Assembly (NCBI GenBank): GCA_947629355.1
Contig: CANRDJ010000001.1
Location: 20,585-84,584 of the forward strand
Direction of reading: 5' to 3'
Source of the DNA: an uncultured Clostridia bacterium
GTDB taxonomy: Bacteria; Bacillota; Clostridia; TANB77; CAG-508
DNA length: 64,000 bases
The notes under the pieces are model-generated. The model was not told the origin of the DNA, did no database searches, and was given only the letters and a program-made list of their open reading frames with translations. Made by a program: the position numbers and the translations under genes. Position 1 is the stretch's first letter. Each line of letters begins with the position of its first letter. Positions 1-11,442 of the stretch are shown one piece after another.

Positions 1-782
1 TGTACCGTTTTATCAAATTTATTTGAAATAAAATCTAATGTACTGTTACTTGATAATACATTACTATATCTTAAAAAGTCACTTTCTAAATTCTTAAAAT
101 CCTCCTCTGTATTCCAATTATCTTGATCTATGCATGAATAAGTATACACAAAAAATCTTTTATTATATAAATCTACACCTTTTAATTCTACTGTATTATT
201 ATTTACTCCAATAATGCTATCAATAAAATCTGAAAGTTCATTCATATTACTAAATTTATCTGTTTGTATCTTTATATTTGTAAAATCATTTAATTTACTA
301 AAATCAGAATTTATTTCTTTAAATCTATAATTAAAATTTAATAAATCTGAAAATTTTTCACTATTTTCTATATCTGTTTTTATAACTAAAAAACACTCTC
401 CTGTGTCAAAGCAAATTATCTCCATTTTCTCTATATTAAAGAATATTCCATCTTTACAACCAACTTTTCCTTGTACCTTTGTATCAAAATTATATTCAAA
501 AATATTACAATGAAATTTAGATAGTATTATTGATTTCATTTTGTTATTTAATCTATCTAAACTATTTATTTTATCTCTATCAAATGAGAACGTGGGAAAA
601 AAATACTCTCTTACATTTTGAATAAAATATGAATATAAATTAAAATCTCTTTCTTTTTCAAATATTTTTAAGTTGCAATTTTTATTATTCAATAAATTTA
701 ATAAATATTTTTCATATTTATTTTCTTTAATTAAAAATGGTTTTATAAAATATGTATATTGATATTTAACTTTTAATTCCAT
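1..782 (-). CDS. hypothetical protein, partial (start codon at 782..780, runs off the window start)
   Basis: Hand translation of the minus frame gives 260 codons with no stop down to position 3. ATG is preceded by GAGGTG RBS. Absent from the ORF track only because it lacks an in-window stop. No recognisable domain. Confidence 0.5.
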   Translation of the reverse strand, partial: MELKVKYQYTYFIKPFLIKENKYEKYLLNLLNNKNCNLKIFEKERDFNLYSYFIQNVREYFFPTFSFDRDKINSLDRLNNKMKSIILSKFHCNIFEYNFDTKVQGKVGCKDGIFFNIEKMEIICFDTGECFLVIKTDIENSEKFSDLLNFNYRFKEINSDFSKLNDFTNIKIQTDKFSNMNELSDFIDSIIGVNNNTVELKGVDLYNKRFFVYTYSCIDQDNWNTEEDFKNLESDFLRYSNVLSSNSTLDFISNKFDKTV

Positions 783-808
783 TATATATCACCTCATTAG
801 TTAAATAT

Positions 809-837
809 AAACAAAAGGGGGTTGTCCCCTTTTGTTT
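809..837. terminator. REP-like hairpin AAACAAAAGGGGG-TTGT-CCCCTTTTGTTT; likely terminator of the WG-repeat gene
   Basis: Perfect dyad of GGGG/CCCC flanked by A/T runs immediately 3' of the 841..2352 gene. Same architecture as the REP family elsewhere in the window. Confidence 0.5.
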
Positions 838-840
838 AAT

Positions 841-2352
841 TTATTTTTCGTAATAGAGGCCACTATCACTTAAATGCCATTTCCCTATAAAATCTATATA
901 AATGCTATTATCTAAGTTAACTGATGGCTCACAAGATATAGCTCCTACTTTATCTATACTTCCCCATACTCCATCTTTTTTTACTGCTGCAAATCCTTTT
1001 GAATTTTGCTCTGTTCCATCTTCGTATATATAATCTAGTACAACCCTACCAGATTTATCTACATATCCATATTTTCCATCTTTTTTACTTAGGAATAATG
1101 TATTTGATGTTAATAAATCAGATGAACTCTTTTCTTCTAATTTAAAGTTATAATATTTATATTCGTTATTTGTATATATTTTAATATATCCCTTATCTGT
1201 ATTTACTTCTGATACTATTCCTGCAACTTTCTGTCCTAAGTTACTGTCAAATATAATTGTTTCTGTATCTGTTTTATCAGCTTGAATGAAACTACCATTT
1301 TCAACATATACCATATTTTTATATTCAAAGTCTATTATTTTTTTATTGTCTAAATTTATTATTCCATATTTTCCATCTTTTTTTGCTATGTAGTAAATCG
1401 AAAATGCATATTTTAAGTCTTCATATTGTGGCTCTATTTTTTCTTCATTAGTTTTAGTTACTATACCATACTTACCATCTTTTTTTACTATTATATTATC
1501 AGACTTAGCTTCTATAATATTTTCATATTTGCCATCAATTATTATTTTCTTTTCTTCTGTATCCATCAATTGCCATTTTTTACCTTTTTTTACCGCAAAT
1601 AGGTTTGAACTACCTAGATATTTTATTCCTTCATATGTTGGTTCTATTAAAATCGTTCCACTTGTGCTAATTAAACCATACTTATTATCTTTACTTATAA
1701 CTATATATTCACTTTTATATCCTTCTTCTAATGTAAGTATATCTTTGTATTCTGTATTTATAATTGTTTGACCTTTTTCATTTACCAATCCTACATTACC
1801 ATCTTTTTTAACTATTAAATTACTTGTTGTGCCTCTTAATGCTGTTATTTCACTATATTCACATGGCAAAATTTCTTGTCCATCAAAGTCTATAATTCCA
1901 TATTTTCCATTTTTGCTTACCCTTAATACATTATCTTCATACCAAATATTTTGTTTAGAGTCAAAGTTATCTATTGCTTCTATTTTATCATAACCTGTTA
2001 AAATCTCTTCATTTTTCTCATTAATAGCTTTTGTTTTATATTTTCCAGTTGCATCGTCAACATCATATGTACATATAAATATAGGTTTAGAATTATTAGG
2101 TATTGCTATCATTTCATCATATGATGGCTCTATTACTGTTTCTCCATTATTATTTATTACTCCAAACTTTCCATTTTCATATGCTGTATAATATGAATAG
2201 TTGTTTATTTCTACTTTTTTATCACTATTTTTTACTATGTTAATAATTGATATTACAATCATAATGATAACTATTAAAGCTACACCTACACCTATAACTT
2301 TTTTGAAATTTAGTTTTGGCTGATCGTCATATCTCCTACCTCTGCTACTCAT
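841..2352 (-). CDS. WG-repeat-containing protein, N-terminal membrane anchor
   Basis: 503 aa. N-terminal hydrophobic segment. About 9 reiterated KDGKYG(I/L/Y)(I/V)(D/N)xxG(K/E)x(I/V)(I/L)EP(Q/T/S)Y(D/E) units, typical of the WG/KWG-type repeat family. Confidence 0.7.
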   Translation of the reverse strand: MSSRGRRYDDQPKLNFKKVIGVGVALIVIIMIVISIINIVKNSDKKVEINNYSYYTAYENGKFGVINNNGETVIEPSYDEMIAIPNNSKPIFICTYDVDDATGKYKTKAINEKNEEILTGYDKIEAIDNFDSKQNIWYEDNVLRVSKNGKYGIIDFDGQEILPCEYSEITALRGTTSNLIVKKDGNVGLVNEKGQTIINTEYKDILTLEEGYKSEYIVISKDNKYGLISTSGTILIEPTYEGIKYLGSSNLFAVKKGKKWQLMDTEEKKIIIDGKYENIIEAKSDNIIVKKDGKYGIVTKTNEEKIEPQYEDLKYAFSIYYIAKKDGKYGIINLDNKKIIDFEYKNMVYVENGSFIQADKTDTETIIFDSNLGQKVAGIVSEVNTDKGYIKIYTNNEYKYYNFKLEEKSSSDLLTSNTLFLSKKDGKYGYVDKSGRVVLDYIYEDGTEQNSKGFAAVKKDGVWGSIDKVGAISCEPSVNLDNSIYIDFIGKWHLSDSGLYYEK

Positions 2353-2403
2353 TCCAAAATTCCCCCTATTTTTACATATATTTCTTTATTAATATATCAT
2401 AAA

Positions 2404-3679
2404 CTAATTATTTTTCCAATAGTTTTCATATAGTTTTTTTGCAGTATCAGGACTATCATTTCCAATAATGTTTTTTACAGGTGCAAAGTCCTCTTCTCTT
2501 TTACCTCTAAGTATTGCAATGTCATCAAATATTTTAAAACTATCAAATATAAATTGTTCAAATTTATATGCATTTTCCTCTTTTGGTTCAATTAAATTTC
2601 CTTTTTTATCTACATAGTTAGACTTCTTAAATGCTATATGATATTCTAATTCTTTATTACTCAATCTCTTTAATGCACTTATATTAAATAAATTACACAT
2701 AATATGTGATTCTCCAAATACTAGTTCACCATTTTCATCTGTAATACCTGCTATATCATCAGGTAATTCTGTATATTCTATTACTCTTACCTTATTATTT
2801 TGTTTGCAAAGTACACCTACTTTTTCATCTGGACTCCTTTTAAGTACAGTTCTAGTTCCTATTTGATTACCTTTTGATGCAGTTAAACCTAATAATAAAA
2901 TATCTACATATTTTAATAAAATATTATCAACAGAGCCTATAAATAGCCATTCTATGCCTCTTTTTTCCATATCTGCTATTACTCCTTTTTTTAGCATAGA
3001 ATTAAATATTCCTCCATTGCCATTTGATGCTTCTTTTATAAGTCCATTTTCTCCTATTAATAGCTTTCCTTGCTCATTTAATAATGGTAACTCTCCTTGC
3101 TCAAATATATAAACATAATCTTTTGGATACCCAAAATAATTGTGTTTTTCTAAAAAATTTACTGTATCATCATTGTTTTCTTTGCTAGTCATAATATACC
3201 ATGGAATTATTACATTATATTTGTCGTTTGCTCGTTTTAAAGTATCTATTATTATTTCAAATAAATATTTTGATTCATTTTCAAATTCTATTTTGTATGT
3301 ACCTTTAGCCCCTGAACATCCGAAGTCTAGTGCCCTGACCTCCTGCCATTGTTGCAATAGCGTATTTATTGTTTCTTATAATATCTGTACCTATTTTTTT
3401 ATAATTTTCTAGTTCCTCATTATTTAATCTATCTGGATTAATTCCTGTAATTGGGTGTAGTTCTTCTAAATCTACATATGCGTCTTCAAATGTCTTTTCA
3501 TATAATTCATTTAATTCATCAAAATCTATATTTAGCACTTGGTTTATTAGTTTGTTTTTAATATTTGAAGATGACTTATCAATAAATTCTATAATGTGTT
3601 CTTGTTTGTATTTTTTTAATATTTCTTTTGCTTCTTCATAATTATTTCTCATTTTATAATCCTTTCTAAATACCTTCAT
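2404..3679 (-). CDS. UDP-sugar / UDP-N-acetylglucosamine pyrophosphorylase (UDPGP/UAP1 family), disrupted by 1-nt insertion near 3322
   Basis: N-terminal part ends ...ATMAGGQGTRL. Removing G3322 restores GQGTRLGCSGAKGTYKIEF, the canonical UDPGP glycine-rich motif. The two ORF-track pieces 3305..3679 and 2404..3357 overlap. Confidence 0.7.
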
Positions 3680-3730
3680 AATATAACATTATTTTCATAT
3701 TTTGTCCACTATTAATATTTTTGTTTAAAT

Positions 3731-3990
3731 AATTGTAATTTGTTGGGTTAAATTTGTTTTCAAATCCGTAGGGGTCGCACCCCTGGGCGACCCGCGATTG
3801 TAATTTATTTGATAACCTTTTACGCGATTTAGGGCAATTCCTTCGATGTATTCGGGTCGCCGAGGGCGGCGACCCCTACAACATTTGCAACAGATTTAAT
3901 CGTCTGGAAATTCAGGACAGTCCCCTTTTTTTCCTTTTGGAAAAAAAGAGGGACAGTCCCTAGAATTTCCTCTCACAAACAACAATTTAT
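3731..3990. mobile_element. MITE-like element, copy A: TIR AATTGTAATTTGTTGGGTTAAATT, GC-rich three-way-junction core (outer stem GTAGGGGTCGC/GCGACCCCTAC), plus GGACAGTCCC hairpin module
   Basis: GC-rich island in an AT-rich divergent intergenic region. Flanks CCGTAGGGG ... CCCCTACAACATTTGCAA are shared with the copies at 28826 and 45908. Stems differ from those copies by compensatory changes. Confidence 0.6.
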
Positions 3991-4060
3991 CTAACTAATT
4001 AATATGAATTATAACATATATTTTTTATATATTTAATATATATGTCTTAGGGGTGCGAGC

Positions 4061-5110
4061 ATGTACAAAATGAAAATAATTGTATTTAAATTAAAAAATA
4101 TATTTATTCCCATTTGTATTTGTCTATTTACTATTTTTCTATTAGTATTTTCAAATGCGAATCTTTCATCTGCAAAAAATGGCTTGTTATTATGGGCAAA
4201 TTCAGTAGTTCCATCTCTACTTCCTTTCTTTATAGCCACAGAACTGCTTGGATATACTAACGTGATTTCAATTTTAGGTAAATTATTAAATAGATTTATG
4301 AGACCTATTTTTAATGTTCCTGGAGAAGGTGCATTTCCTTTTATAATGGGAATTATTAGTGGCTACCCAATGGGTGCAAAAATAGTTTCAAACTTTAAAA
4401 ATCAAGGCATCTGCACAAATGAAGAAGCAGAAAGATTGCTTGCATTTACTAATAATTCTGGCCCTCTTTTTATAATAGGAACGGTTGGAATAGGATTATT
4501 TAAAGATACTAATACAGGAATTTTGCTTTTTATTACTCATCTATTGGCATGCCTTACTGTTGGTTTTTTGTTTAGATGGTGGAAAACATCAAAAAAAAGA
4601 AATGCATCTTTAGAAAAATCTTCTAATACTATATCGCCAAAAATATCTTTATCAAATCTAGGTGAAGTTTTGGCAAATTCTATAATGAATGCAATTAACA
4701 CTATATTTTTAATAGGTGGATTTATAGTTCTTTTTTCTGTAATTATATCTATATTAGAAAATAGTAAAGTATTATGCATACTTACAAATTTTATATCGCC
4801 TATTCTTAATGTTTTTAGGATTCCGCTTAATTATGCTGATGGAATACTTACTGGAATATTAGAACTTACTAATGGAGTTTGCTTGGTTGCGGAAATTAGC
4901 AATAAATCTATTTCAACAAATGTTATAATTTGTGCATTTCTGTTAGGATTTGGTGGGATATCTATATTGCTCCAGATTTTGAGTATTACATCAAAAGCAA
5001 GAATCTCTATCAAGCCTTATTTAATAGGAAAACTCTTACAAGGAACTTTCGCAGCTATTTATACTTATATATTTTTAAACACATTTTGGTTCTTGAATTT
5101 AGATTTGTAA
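4061..5110 (+). CDS. ylbJ: sporulation integral membrane protein YlbJ-like (nucleoside-recognition Gate domains)
   Basis: 349 aa polytopic membrane protein. Motifs LWANSVVPSLLPFF and GIISGYPMGAK resemble the YlbJ/spore_ylbJ family. Confidence 0.55.
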   Translation: MYKMKIIVFKLKNIFIPICICLFTIFLLVFSNANLSSAKNGLLLWANSVVPSLLPFFIATELLGYTNVISILGKLLNRFMRPIFNVPGEGAFPFIMGIISGYPMGAKIVSNFKNQGICTNEEAERLLAFTNNSGPLFIIGTVGIGLFKDTNTGILLFITHLLACLTVGFLFRWWKTSKKRNASLEKSSNTISPKISLSNLGEVLANSIMNAINTIFLIGGFIVLFSVIISILENSKVLCILTNFISPILNVFRIPLNYADGILTGILELTNGVCLVAEISNKSISTNVIICAFLLGFGGISILLQILSITSKARISIKPYLIGKLLQGTFAAIYTYIFLNTFWFLNLDL

Positions 5111-5219
5111 TATATTGCAATTCACATAATTTTATGGTAGAATGCTTTTATAATTAAACACTTTTAGTGTTTATTATGTGATGTCATTTAAAATTTTATA
5201 ATTGCTAGGAGGACTTATG

Positions 5220-5459
5220 ATGGCTAAAATTTTAGTACACTTAAAACTTTCAGGTGGTGACACTTTCGTAGAAATAGTCAATCTAAACCGTATTTGGATC
5301 AACCGGAATAATCCTTTTGGAAAGTGGGCATTAATGTATTCTGATGATAAATACATTTACAATACTCTTTTCTATTGTTCTGAATATGATGTAGTTAACT
5401 CTGCACGAAAAAGACTTGTTGAAGCACACATAAATGGAGAAAAAAACGTTTCATTATAA
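5220..5459 (+). CDS. hypothetical small protein (80 aa)
   Basis: ORF with AGGAGGA RBS 6 nt upstream of the ATG at 5220. Followed by a hairpin terminator. Confidence 0.45.
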   Translation: MAKILVHLKLSGGDTFVEIVNLNRIWINRNNPFGKWALMYSDDKYIYNTLFYCSEYDVVNSARKRLVEAHINGEKNVSL

Positions 5460-5474
5460 ATTTAAATGACAATG

Positions 5475-5501
5475 AAGGGAACCTTTTAATAGGTTCCCTT
5501 T
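5475..5501. terminator. bidirectional hairpin terminator AAGGGAACC-TTTTAAT-AGGTTCCCTT between convergent genes
   Basis: 9-bp perfect stem, located between the stop of the 5220 ORF and the stop of pyrG. Confidence 0.6.
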
Positions 5502-5517
5502 AACTTTATAAATTTAA

Positions 5518-7113
5518 TTATTTTTTTGCGGCTGCAATTAATCCTTTAAATAATGGTCCAGGTCTATTTGGTCTTGATTTAAACTCCGGATGGAATTGTC
5601 CAGCCACAAAGAATGGATGATCTTTTAATTCAACTATTTCAACTAATCTTCCATCTGGTGATGTCCCGCTACATATAAGCCCTGCAGCTTCCATTTTTTC
5701 TTTATAATCATTATTATACTCATATCTATGTCTGTGTCTTTCAGCTATTTCTTTAGTTCCATATAAATCATATGCTTTGCTTCCCTCTTTTAAAATACAA
5801 GGATAACTTCCAAGTCTCATTGTCCCACCTTTTTTATCTATGTTCTTTTGGTCATCCATTATATGTATTACTGGATTTTTTGTACTTTCATCAAATTCTT
5901 CTGAATTTGCATCTTTTAACCCTAATACATTTCTTGCAAATTCTACTACTGCCATCTGCATTCCTAAGCATATACCTAAAAATGGAACTTTATTTTCTCT
6001 TGCATATTTTATGCAAGCAATTTTCCCTTCTATTCCACGATTTCCAAATCCCCCTGGAACTAAAAGTGCATCATATTCTCCTAATTTTTCTTTTGCATTC
6101 TGATCTGTTATCTCTTCTGAATCAACAAATCCAATATCTACTTTAACATTATTCTTAAACCCTGCATGTCTTAGGCTTTCTGCAACTGAAAGATATGAAT
6201 CTTCAAGAGAAACATATTTCCCTACTATTGCAACTTTAACTGTTTTTTCACCTATATTTCTAATGTGGTTTATCATTTTTTCCCACTCTTCATTTTTTGG
6301 CTCTATTTTATCTAAATTTAAAGCTTTGCAAACCTCACGTGTTAAACCTTCTTCTTCAAGCATTAAAGGCACTGCATATAAATTATCTACTGTAGCATTT
6401 TGTATTACACTTTCTGGTCTTACATTACAGTAAAGCGCTATTTTATTTCTCATTGAATCCGTTATAGGTAACTCTGATCTACATACTAAAATATCTGGCT
6501 TTATACCTAATGATTGAAGTTCTTTTACAGAATGTTGTGTTGGCTTAGATTTTAATTCATTTGAACCAGAAATATATGGAAGTAATGTTACATGAACATA
6601 AATCACATCTCCCTTTGGTTTTTCTATTCCAACTTGTCTTATAGCTTCTATAAATGATAGCCCTTCAATATCTCCAATAGTTCCACCTATTTCTGTAATT
6701 ACTATATCAACATCCTCATTCTCAAAACTATAGATGTTTTGTTTTATTTCATTAGTAATATGAGGTATTACTTGAACAGTCTTACCTAAATATTCACCTT
6801 TTCTTTCTTTTGCAATTACACTAGAATAAATCTTTCCAGTAGTTACACTAGAATTTTTAGTTAAATTTTCATCTATAAATCTTTCGTAGTGTCCTAAATC
6901 TAAATCTGTTTCTGCTCCATCATCTGTTACAAAAACCTCACCATGTTCAATTGGGCTCATCGTTCCTGGGTCAACATTAATATATGGATCCATTTTTTGT
7001 ATTGTAACTTTATAACCTCTATTTTTTAAAAGTCTTCCAAGTGATGCAGCAGTTATTCCTTTTCCTAATCCCGATACTACTCCACCTGTAACAAAAATAT
7101 ACTTTGTGTTCAT
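5518..7113 (-). CDS. pyrG: CTP synthase
   Basis: 531 aa. N-terminal [16 protein letters not shown] and a C-terminal glutamine amidotransferase domain (GICLGMQ). Confidence 0.95.
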   Translation of the reverse strand: MNTKYIFVTGGVVSGLGKGITAASLGRLLKNRGYKVTIQKMDPYINVDPGTMSPIEHGEVFVTDDGAETDLDLGHYERFIDENLTKNSSVTTGKIYSSVIAKERKGEYLGKTVQVIPHITNEIKQNIYSFENEDVDIVITEIGGTIGDIEGLSFIEAIRQVGIEKPKGDVIYVHVTLLPYISGSNELKSKPTQHSVKELQSLGIKPDILVCRSELPITDSMRNKIALYCNVRPESVIQNATVDNLYAVPLMLEEEGLTREVCKALNLDKIEPKNEEWEKMINHIRNIGEKTVKVAIVGKYVSLEDSYLSVAESLRHAGFKNNVKVDIGFVDSEEITDQNAKEKLGEYDALLVPGGFGNRGIEGKIACIKYARENKVPFLGICLGMQMAVVEFARNVLGLKDANSEEFDESTKNPVIHIMDDQKNIDKKGGTMRLGSYPCILKEGSKAYDLYGTKEIAERHRHRYEYNNDYKEKMEAAGLICSGTSPDGRLVEIVELKDHPFFVAGQFHPEFKSRPNRPGPLFKGLIAAAKK

Positions 7114-7145
7114 TAAATTTTCCTCCTACTTACAAAAACAAAAAT

Positions 7146-7191
7146 AGATTTAAAAAAGTCTCCCCCGAAAAAAGGGGTTTTTTTTAAATCT
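7146..7191 (-). promoter_or_regulatory. extended hairpin in the pyrG 5' leader / pyrD 3' region; candidate attenuator or terminator
   Basis: Imperfect 46-nt palindrome AGATTTAAAAAA..CCCC-loop-GGGG..TTTTTTAAATCT, then a U-rich tract on the minus transcript. It lies about 40 nt upstream of the pyrG RBS. A candidate sigmaA promoter (TTGCAA-17-TAATAT, + coords 7217..7245) lies upstream of it. Confidence 0.35.
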
Positions 7192-7315
7192 ATTATTTTA
7201 ATATTAATATATAAATATATTATCATTTTTTGTTTTTTTTTGCAAGTATTTTTAAAAATCTTTTTGGAGAATAAAAATAATAAAATTAAATTACCAGTTT
7301 TAATAATTTTTAAAA

Positions 7316-8225
7316 TTAATTCATTTTCACTTTCCCTACAATATCATTTATATCCTCTATATTATGATTTTTCATATATTCTTCAATACCTTTTACTGTG
7401 TTTACGCTTGTGTATGGGTCTATAAAATTACCAGCACCAATAGATACAGCCGATGCCCCTGCAAGCATAAATTCTATTGCATCACCTCCATTTATAATTC
7501 CACCCATACCAAGAATTGGAATATTTACTGCTTGAGATACCTGATATACCATTCTTACTGCAACTGGTTTTACACAAGGTCCTGATAATCCTCCCGTATT
7601 ATTAGCAAGATATGGTTTCCTTGTATTTATATTAATACTCATTCCAAGTAATGTATTAATTAATGATACTGCATCCGCTCCAGCATCTTCTGCTCCCTTT
7701 GCCGGAAGTGTTATGTCCGTTACATTTGGAGTAAGTTTTACAATTAGTGGCTTATCTAAAACTTTTCTTACTTTACTCGTAACTTCCTTCACACCTTCAT
7801 AGGTTGTTCCAAATGCTAGGCACCCTGCTTTAACATTTGGACACGATAAATTAAGTTCAACTCCATCTATATCTGCTTTATTTAATATTTTACAAAGTTC
7901 AACATAATCTTCTATCGTACTTCCACACGCATTTACTATAACTGCAACATCTTGATTTTTAAGCCAAGGCAAATCATATTCCATAAAATATTCTACACCT
8001 GGATTTTGGAGGCCAATACTATTTAGCATACCACTTGGAGTTTCGTAAATTCTAGATGGTTTATTACCATTTCTTGGCTTTAAAGATGTACCCTTTGTAA
8101 TGATTCCACCGAAGATTACTTAAATCAAAAAACTGACTATATTCTCTTCCATATCCAAATGTACCTGATGCAACTGTTACAGGATTTTTCATTTTAATAC
8201 CTGCGAAATTAACTTCCGTATTCAT
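7316..8225 (-). CDS. pyrD: dihydroorotate dehydrogenase catalytic subunit (class 1B), 1-nt insertion near 8111
   Basis: C-terminal 237 aa are in the ORF track. N-terminal [38 protein letters not shown] continues into ..[16 protein letters not shown] only if G8111 is removed. Confidence 0.85.
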
Positions 8226-8250
8226 AAATTCAACACCTCTTATTCTTTTT

Positions 8251-8283
8251 TGGTGAAAAAGGGGCCAGGCCCCTTTTTCACCA
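8251..8283. repeat. REP hairpin variant TGGTGAAAAAGGGG-CCAGG-CCCCTTTTTCACCA, pyrK-pyrD intergenic
   Basis: Same architecture as the TGGCAAAAAAGGGG...GCCA REPs, with compensatory GTG/CAC instead of GCA/TGC in the outer stem. Confidence 0.7.
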
Positions 8284-8287
8284 ATTT

Positions 8288-9062
8288 TTAAATTACTACT
8301 TTATTACTGTCAAATACTGGTCCTTGTTTGCATACATGCTCATATCCGCCATCTACTACTTCTACTGCACATCCCAGGCATACTCCAAGTCCACATCCCA
8401 TTTTTTCTTCTAGTGATATTTGACATGGAATATCTTTTTCTTTTGCTAAGTTTTGAGCTGCTTTAAGTAATGGTAGAGGTCCACATGCAAATATTGCCTC
8501 TATTTTGCCTGCTTCTAAATCTTTTTTTAGCTCATTTATTGCAAATCCATGTATTTTATAACTTCCATCATCTGTTGTAATTACTAATTTGTTTGATACT
8601 TTTTCAAATTCCTCTTCTAATAATACCGCTTCTTTATTTCTAAAACCTAAATATGTATTTACTGTTATAGCTTTTGAGGCATTTTTAGCAAGTTCATATA
8701 AAGGAAATACTCCTATCCCCCCACCGAAGTATCGCTATATTTTTATATTCTTCAAATTTAAATGTACCATATCCTAATGGTCCTACTATATCAACTAAAT
8801 CTTCTTCTTTTTTTCTTGATAGGATTTCTGTTCCTCTTCCTTGAACTCTAAATATTATCTCTAAAACTCCATTTTCCTTATCCATGTTATATATACTAAT
8901 TGGCCTTCTTAAAAATGGATCAATTCCTTCTGTAACTCTTATTTCTATAAATTGACCTGGTTTTGCAATATTTACAATCTCTTTAGCTGACAAAGAAAAC
9001 TTGAATATGTCTGTCTTTAACTGCTCTTTTTTAATCAATTTAGCATGTAATTGTACTGGCAT
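8288..9062 (-). CDS. pyrK: dihydroorotate dehydrogenase electron-transfer subunit, 1-nt insertion near 8726
   Basis: N-terminal FAD-binding part is ORF 8694..9062. The C-terminal part ([14 protein letters not shown]...CGLGVCLGC Fe-S motif) is in another frame. Deleting G8726 gives [14 protein letters not shown]. Confidence 0.8.
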
Positions 9063-9082
9063 GTTATTCTCCCTTCTAAAAT

Positions 9083-10019
9083 TTATTTTAAAATTTCTTT
9101 ATTTAATTCATCTCTCATTCTTATTGCTTCTGCTCTTGTTGCTTTTCCATATTCTTTATCTGAATATTTGTCTTTCCATCTGTCAGATTTATATGCAGTC
9201 ATTAGACTTCTTGAGGCGTTTACAATTCCACCTATTCCATCTTTAAATCCTAGAGCTATATCTTCTGCTTTTCCTCCGTTGTGCTCCATATCCTGGAATT
9301 AGAAAAAACGTTTTAGGCATAATTTTTCTTAATTCTTTTATTTGAATAGGATATGTAGCTCCAACTACTGCTCCTACACTACTATATCCATATTTTCCTA
9401 CTAATTCTTCTCCCCAAGAGCTTACTAAATCTGCTACTTTCTCATATATTGTTGTTCCATCTTCTAATTTTAAATCTTGCAATTCACCAGATGATTTATT
9501 AGATGTTTTTACTAAAATAAATATTCCTTTTCCATATTCCTTGCAATCATCTATAAATGGTTTTACTCCATCAATTCCCAAATATGGATTTACTGTTACA
9601 AAATCGACATCATACATTGATACTTTTTTGTTATCTATTAAAGTTTTACCTAAAAATGCATTAGAGTAACCTTCAGCAGTTGAACCAATATCCCCTCTTT
9701 TAGCATCTACTATTACATATATCCCTTTTTCTTTAGCATATTTACATGTTTCATTTAATGCTTTTAGTCCTTCTATTCCAAACATCTCATAAAAAGCAAT
9801 CTGTGGTTTTACAGCAGGTATTATATCGTATACACTATCTATTAATCCTTTATTAAATTCTAATATAGCCTTGCAAGCACCTTCTATATTTTTTTCATAC
9901 TTAGATTTAATACTATCTGGTATCATATCATACCTTGGATCTAACCCCATAACTGTAGGATTATTTGTCTCCTTAATTTTGTTAATTAATTTGTCCATTG
10001 CATTTTCCATATTTATCAT
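9083..10019 (-). CDS. pyrF: orotidine 5'-phosphate decarboxylase (type 2), 1-nt insertion near 9278
   Basis: Two ORF-track pieces (9243..10019 and 9083..9289). Removing G9278 gives the contiguous LIPGYGAQGGKAEDIA. Confidence 0.8.
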
Positions 10020-10040
10020 TCTCCTTCTAATTTATACTTT

Positions 10041-10073
10041 TGGCAAAAAAGGGGTCTGTCCCTTTTTTTGCCA
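10041..10073. repeat. REP hairpin TGGCAAAAAAGGGG-TCTGT-CCCTTTTTTTGCCA, pyrC-pyrF intergenic
   Basis: Near-identical to the hairpins flanking the RAYT gene. Confidence 0.75.
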
Positions 10074-10075
10074 AA

Positions 10076-11347
10076 TTAAAACTTGTAAACTACTTTTCCA
10101 TTTACTATTGTATATCTTACTTTCCCTTTTAGTTTCTTTCCTATAAATGGTGTATTTTTTGATTTTGATACTATACTTTCTTTTATATATATATATTCTT
10201 TATTTGGATCGAATATTGTTATATCAGCAACTTTGCCTTCTTCTATTACTCCTCTATCAATTCCAAGTAGTTTTGCTGGATTATAACAGCTAAGCCTTAC
10301 TAAATCTAAATAATCAATATGTCCTTTATCAATAAGATTAGTAATACTTGCGGCAAGTGCTGTTTCAAATCCTATTATTCCATTTGGTGCTTTCGATAGC
10401 TCCTGATTTTTTTCTTCATCAGAATGTGGAGCGTGGTCTGTTATTATATTATCAATTGTTCCATCTTTTAATCCTTCCACTATTGCGTCTAAATCTTCTT
10501 TTGTTCTTAATGGTGGATTCATTTTTGCATTTGTTCCAGACACTAATACTTCATCTTCTGTAAAGCTATAGTAATGTGGACATGTCTCACAAGTTACATT
10601 TACTCCTCTTTTTTTAGCATCTCTTATCATATTAACGCTTTCTTTTGTACTTATATGACATATATGTACGTGTTTTTTATTTGTTTCAGCAAGCTCTATT
10701 TCTCTTGCAGCCATTAATATTTCTGCCTCTGGATACACACCTTCTACATTTAACTTTTCTGATATTTTTCCTTTATTTATTGCACCTTTTCCAAGCTCTT
10801 TATCTTCACAATGTGATGCTACAAATGTACCTAACTCATTTGATTTAATTATTGCTTCTCTCATAATTTTACTACTTACTACTGGCATACCATCATCTGA
10901 AAAAGCAATTGCTCCTGCATTTTTTAAAGCTTCAAAATCTGTTAGTTCTTCTCCCTTTTCTCCAATTGTTACACTCGCATATGGAAACACATTGCAAACT
11001 CCCACTCTTTTTGCTTCCGTCTGAATTTTTTGCAAAATAAAAACACTATCACAAGCTGGTTTCGTATTTGGCATTGGACAAATAGAAGTAAAACCACCCT
11101 TAATAGCGCTTTTCATTCCTGTTTCTATAGTTTCTTTATGTTCAAATCCAGGTTCTCTTAAATGACAATGAACATCTATCATACCTGGTATAATAAATAG
11201 GTCTGTACAATCAATAATTTCATCAGCAGTTTTATTTATTTCTTTAGAAATTTCTTTTATAATTCCATTTTCGATAAAAATATCAAAATAATCATTAATA
11301 TTAGTTTTATAATCTATTAATCTACCATTTTTTAATAATGTTGTCAC
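10076..11347 (-). CDS. pyrC: dihydroorotase
   Basis: 423 aa. DVHCHLREPG metal-binding motif. GTG start with AGGAGG RBS. Confidence 0.9.
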   Translation of the reverse strand: MTTLLKNGRLIDYKTNINDYFDIFIENGIIKEISKEINKTADEIIDCTDLFIIPGMIDVHCHLREPGFEHKETIETGMKSAIKGGFTSICPMPNTKPACDSVFILQKIQTEAKRVGVCNVFPYASVTIGEKGEELTDFEALKNAGAIAFSDDGMPVVSSKIMREAIIKSNELGTFVASHCEDKELGKGAINKGKISEKLNVEGVYPEAEILMAAREIELAETNKKHVHICHISTKESVNMIRDAKKRGVNVTCETCPHYYSFTEDEVLVSGTNAKMNPPLRTKEDLDAIVEGLKDGTIDNIITDHAPHSDEEKNQELSKAPNGIIGFETALAASITNLIDKGHIDYLDLVRLSCYNPAKLLGIDRGVIEEGKVADITIFDPNKEYIYIKESIVSKSKNTPFIGKKLKGKVRYTIVNGKVVYKF

Positions 11348-11413
11348 TTTTCATCCTCCTTTTTCTGTTTTTACAATATTATCATTTTATACTATTTTTT
11401 TCAAGTTTTTTAT

Positions 11414-11442
11414 TTGACTTTCTTCTATTTTTGATTTATATT
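11414..11442 (+). promoter_or_regulatory. sigmaA-type promoter TTGACT-17-TATATT for the PRTase-like gene
   Basis: Consensus-like hexamers with 17-nt spacer, 50 nt upstream of the 11495 start. Confidence 0.5.
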
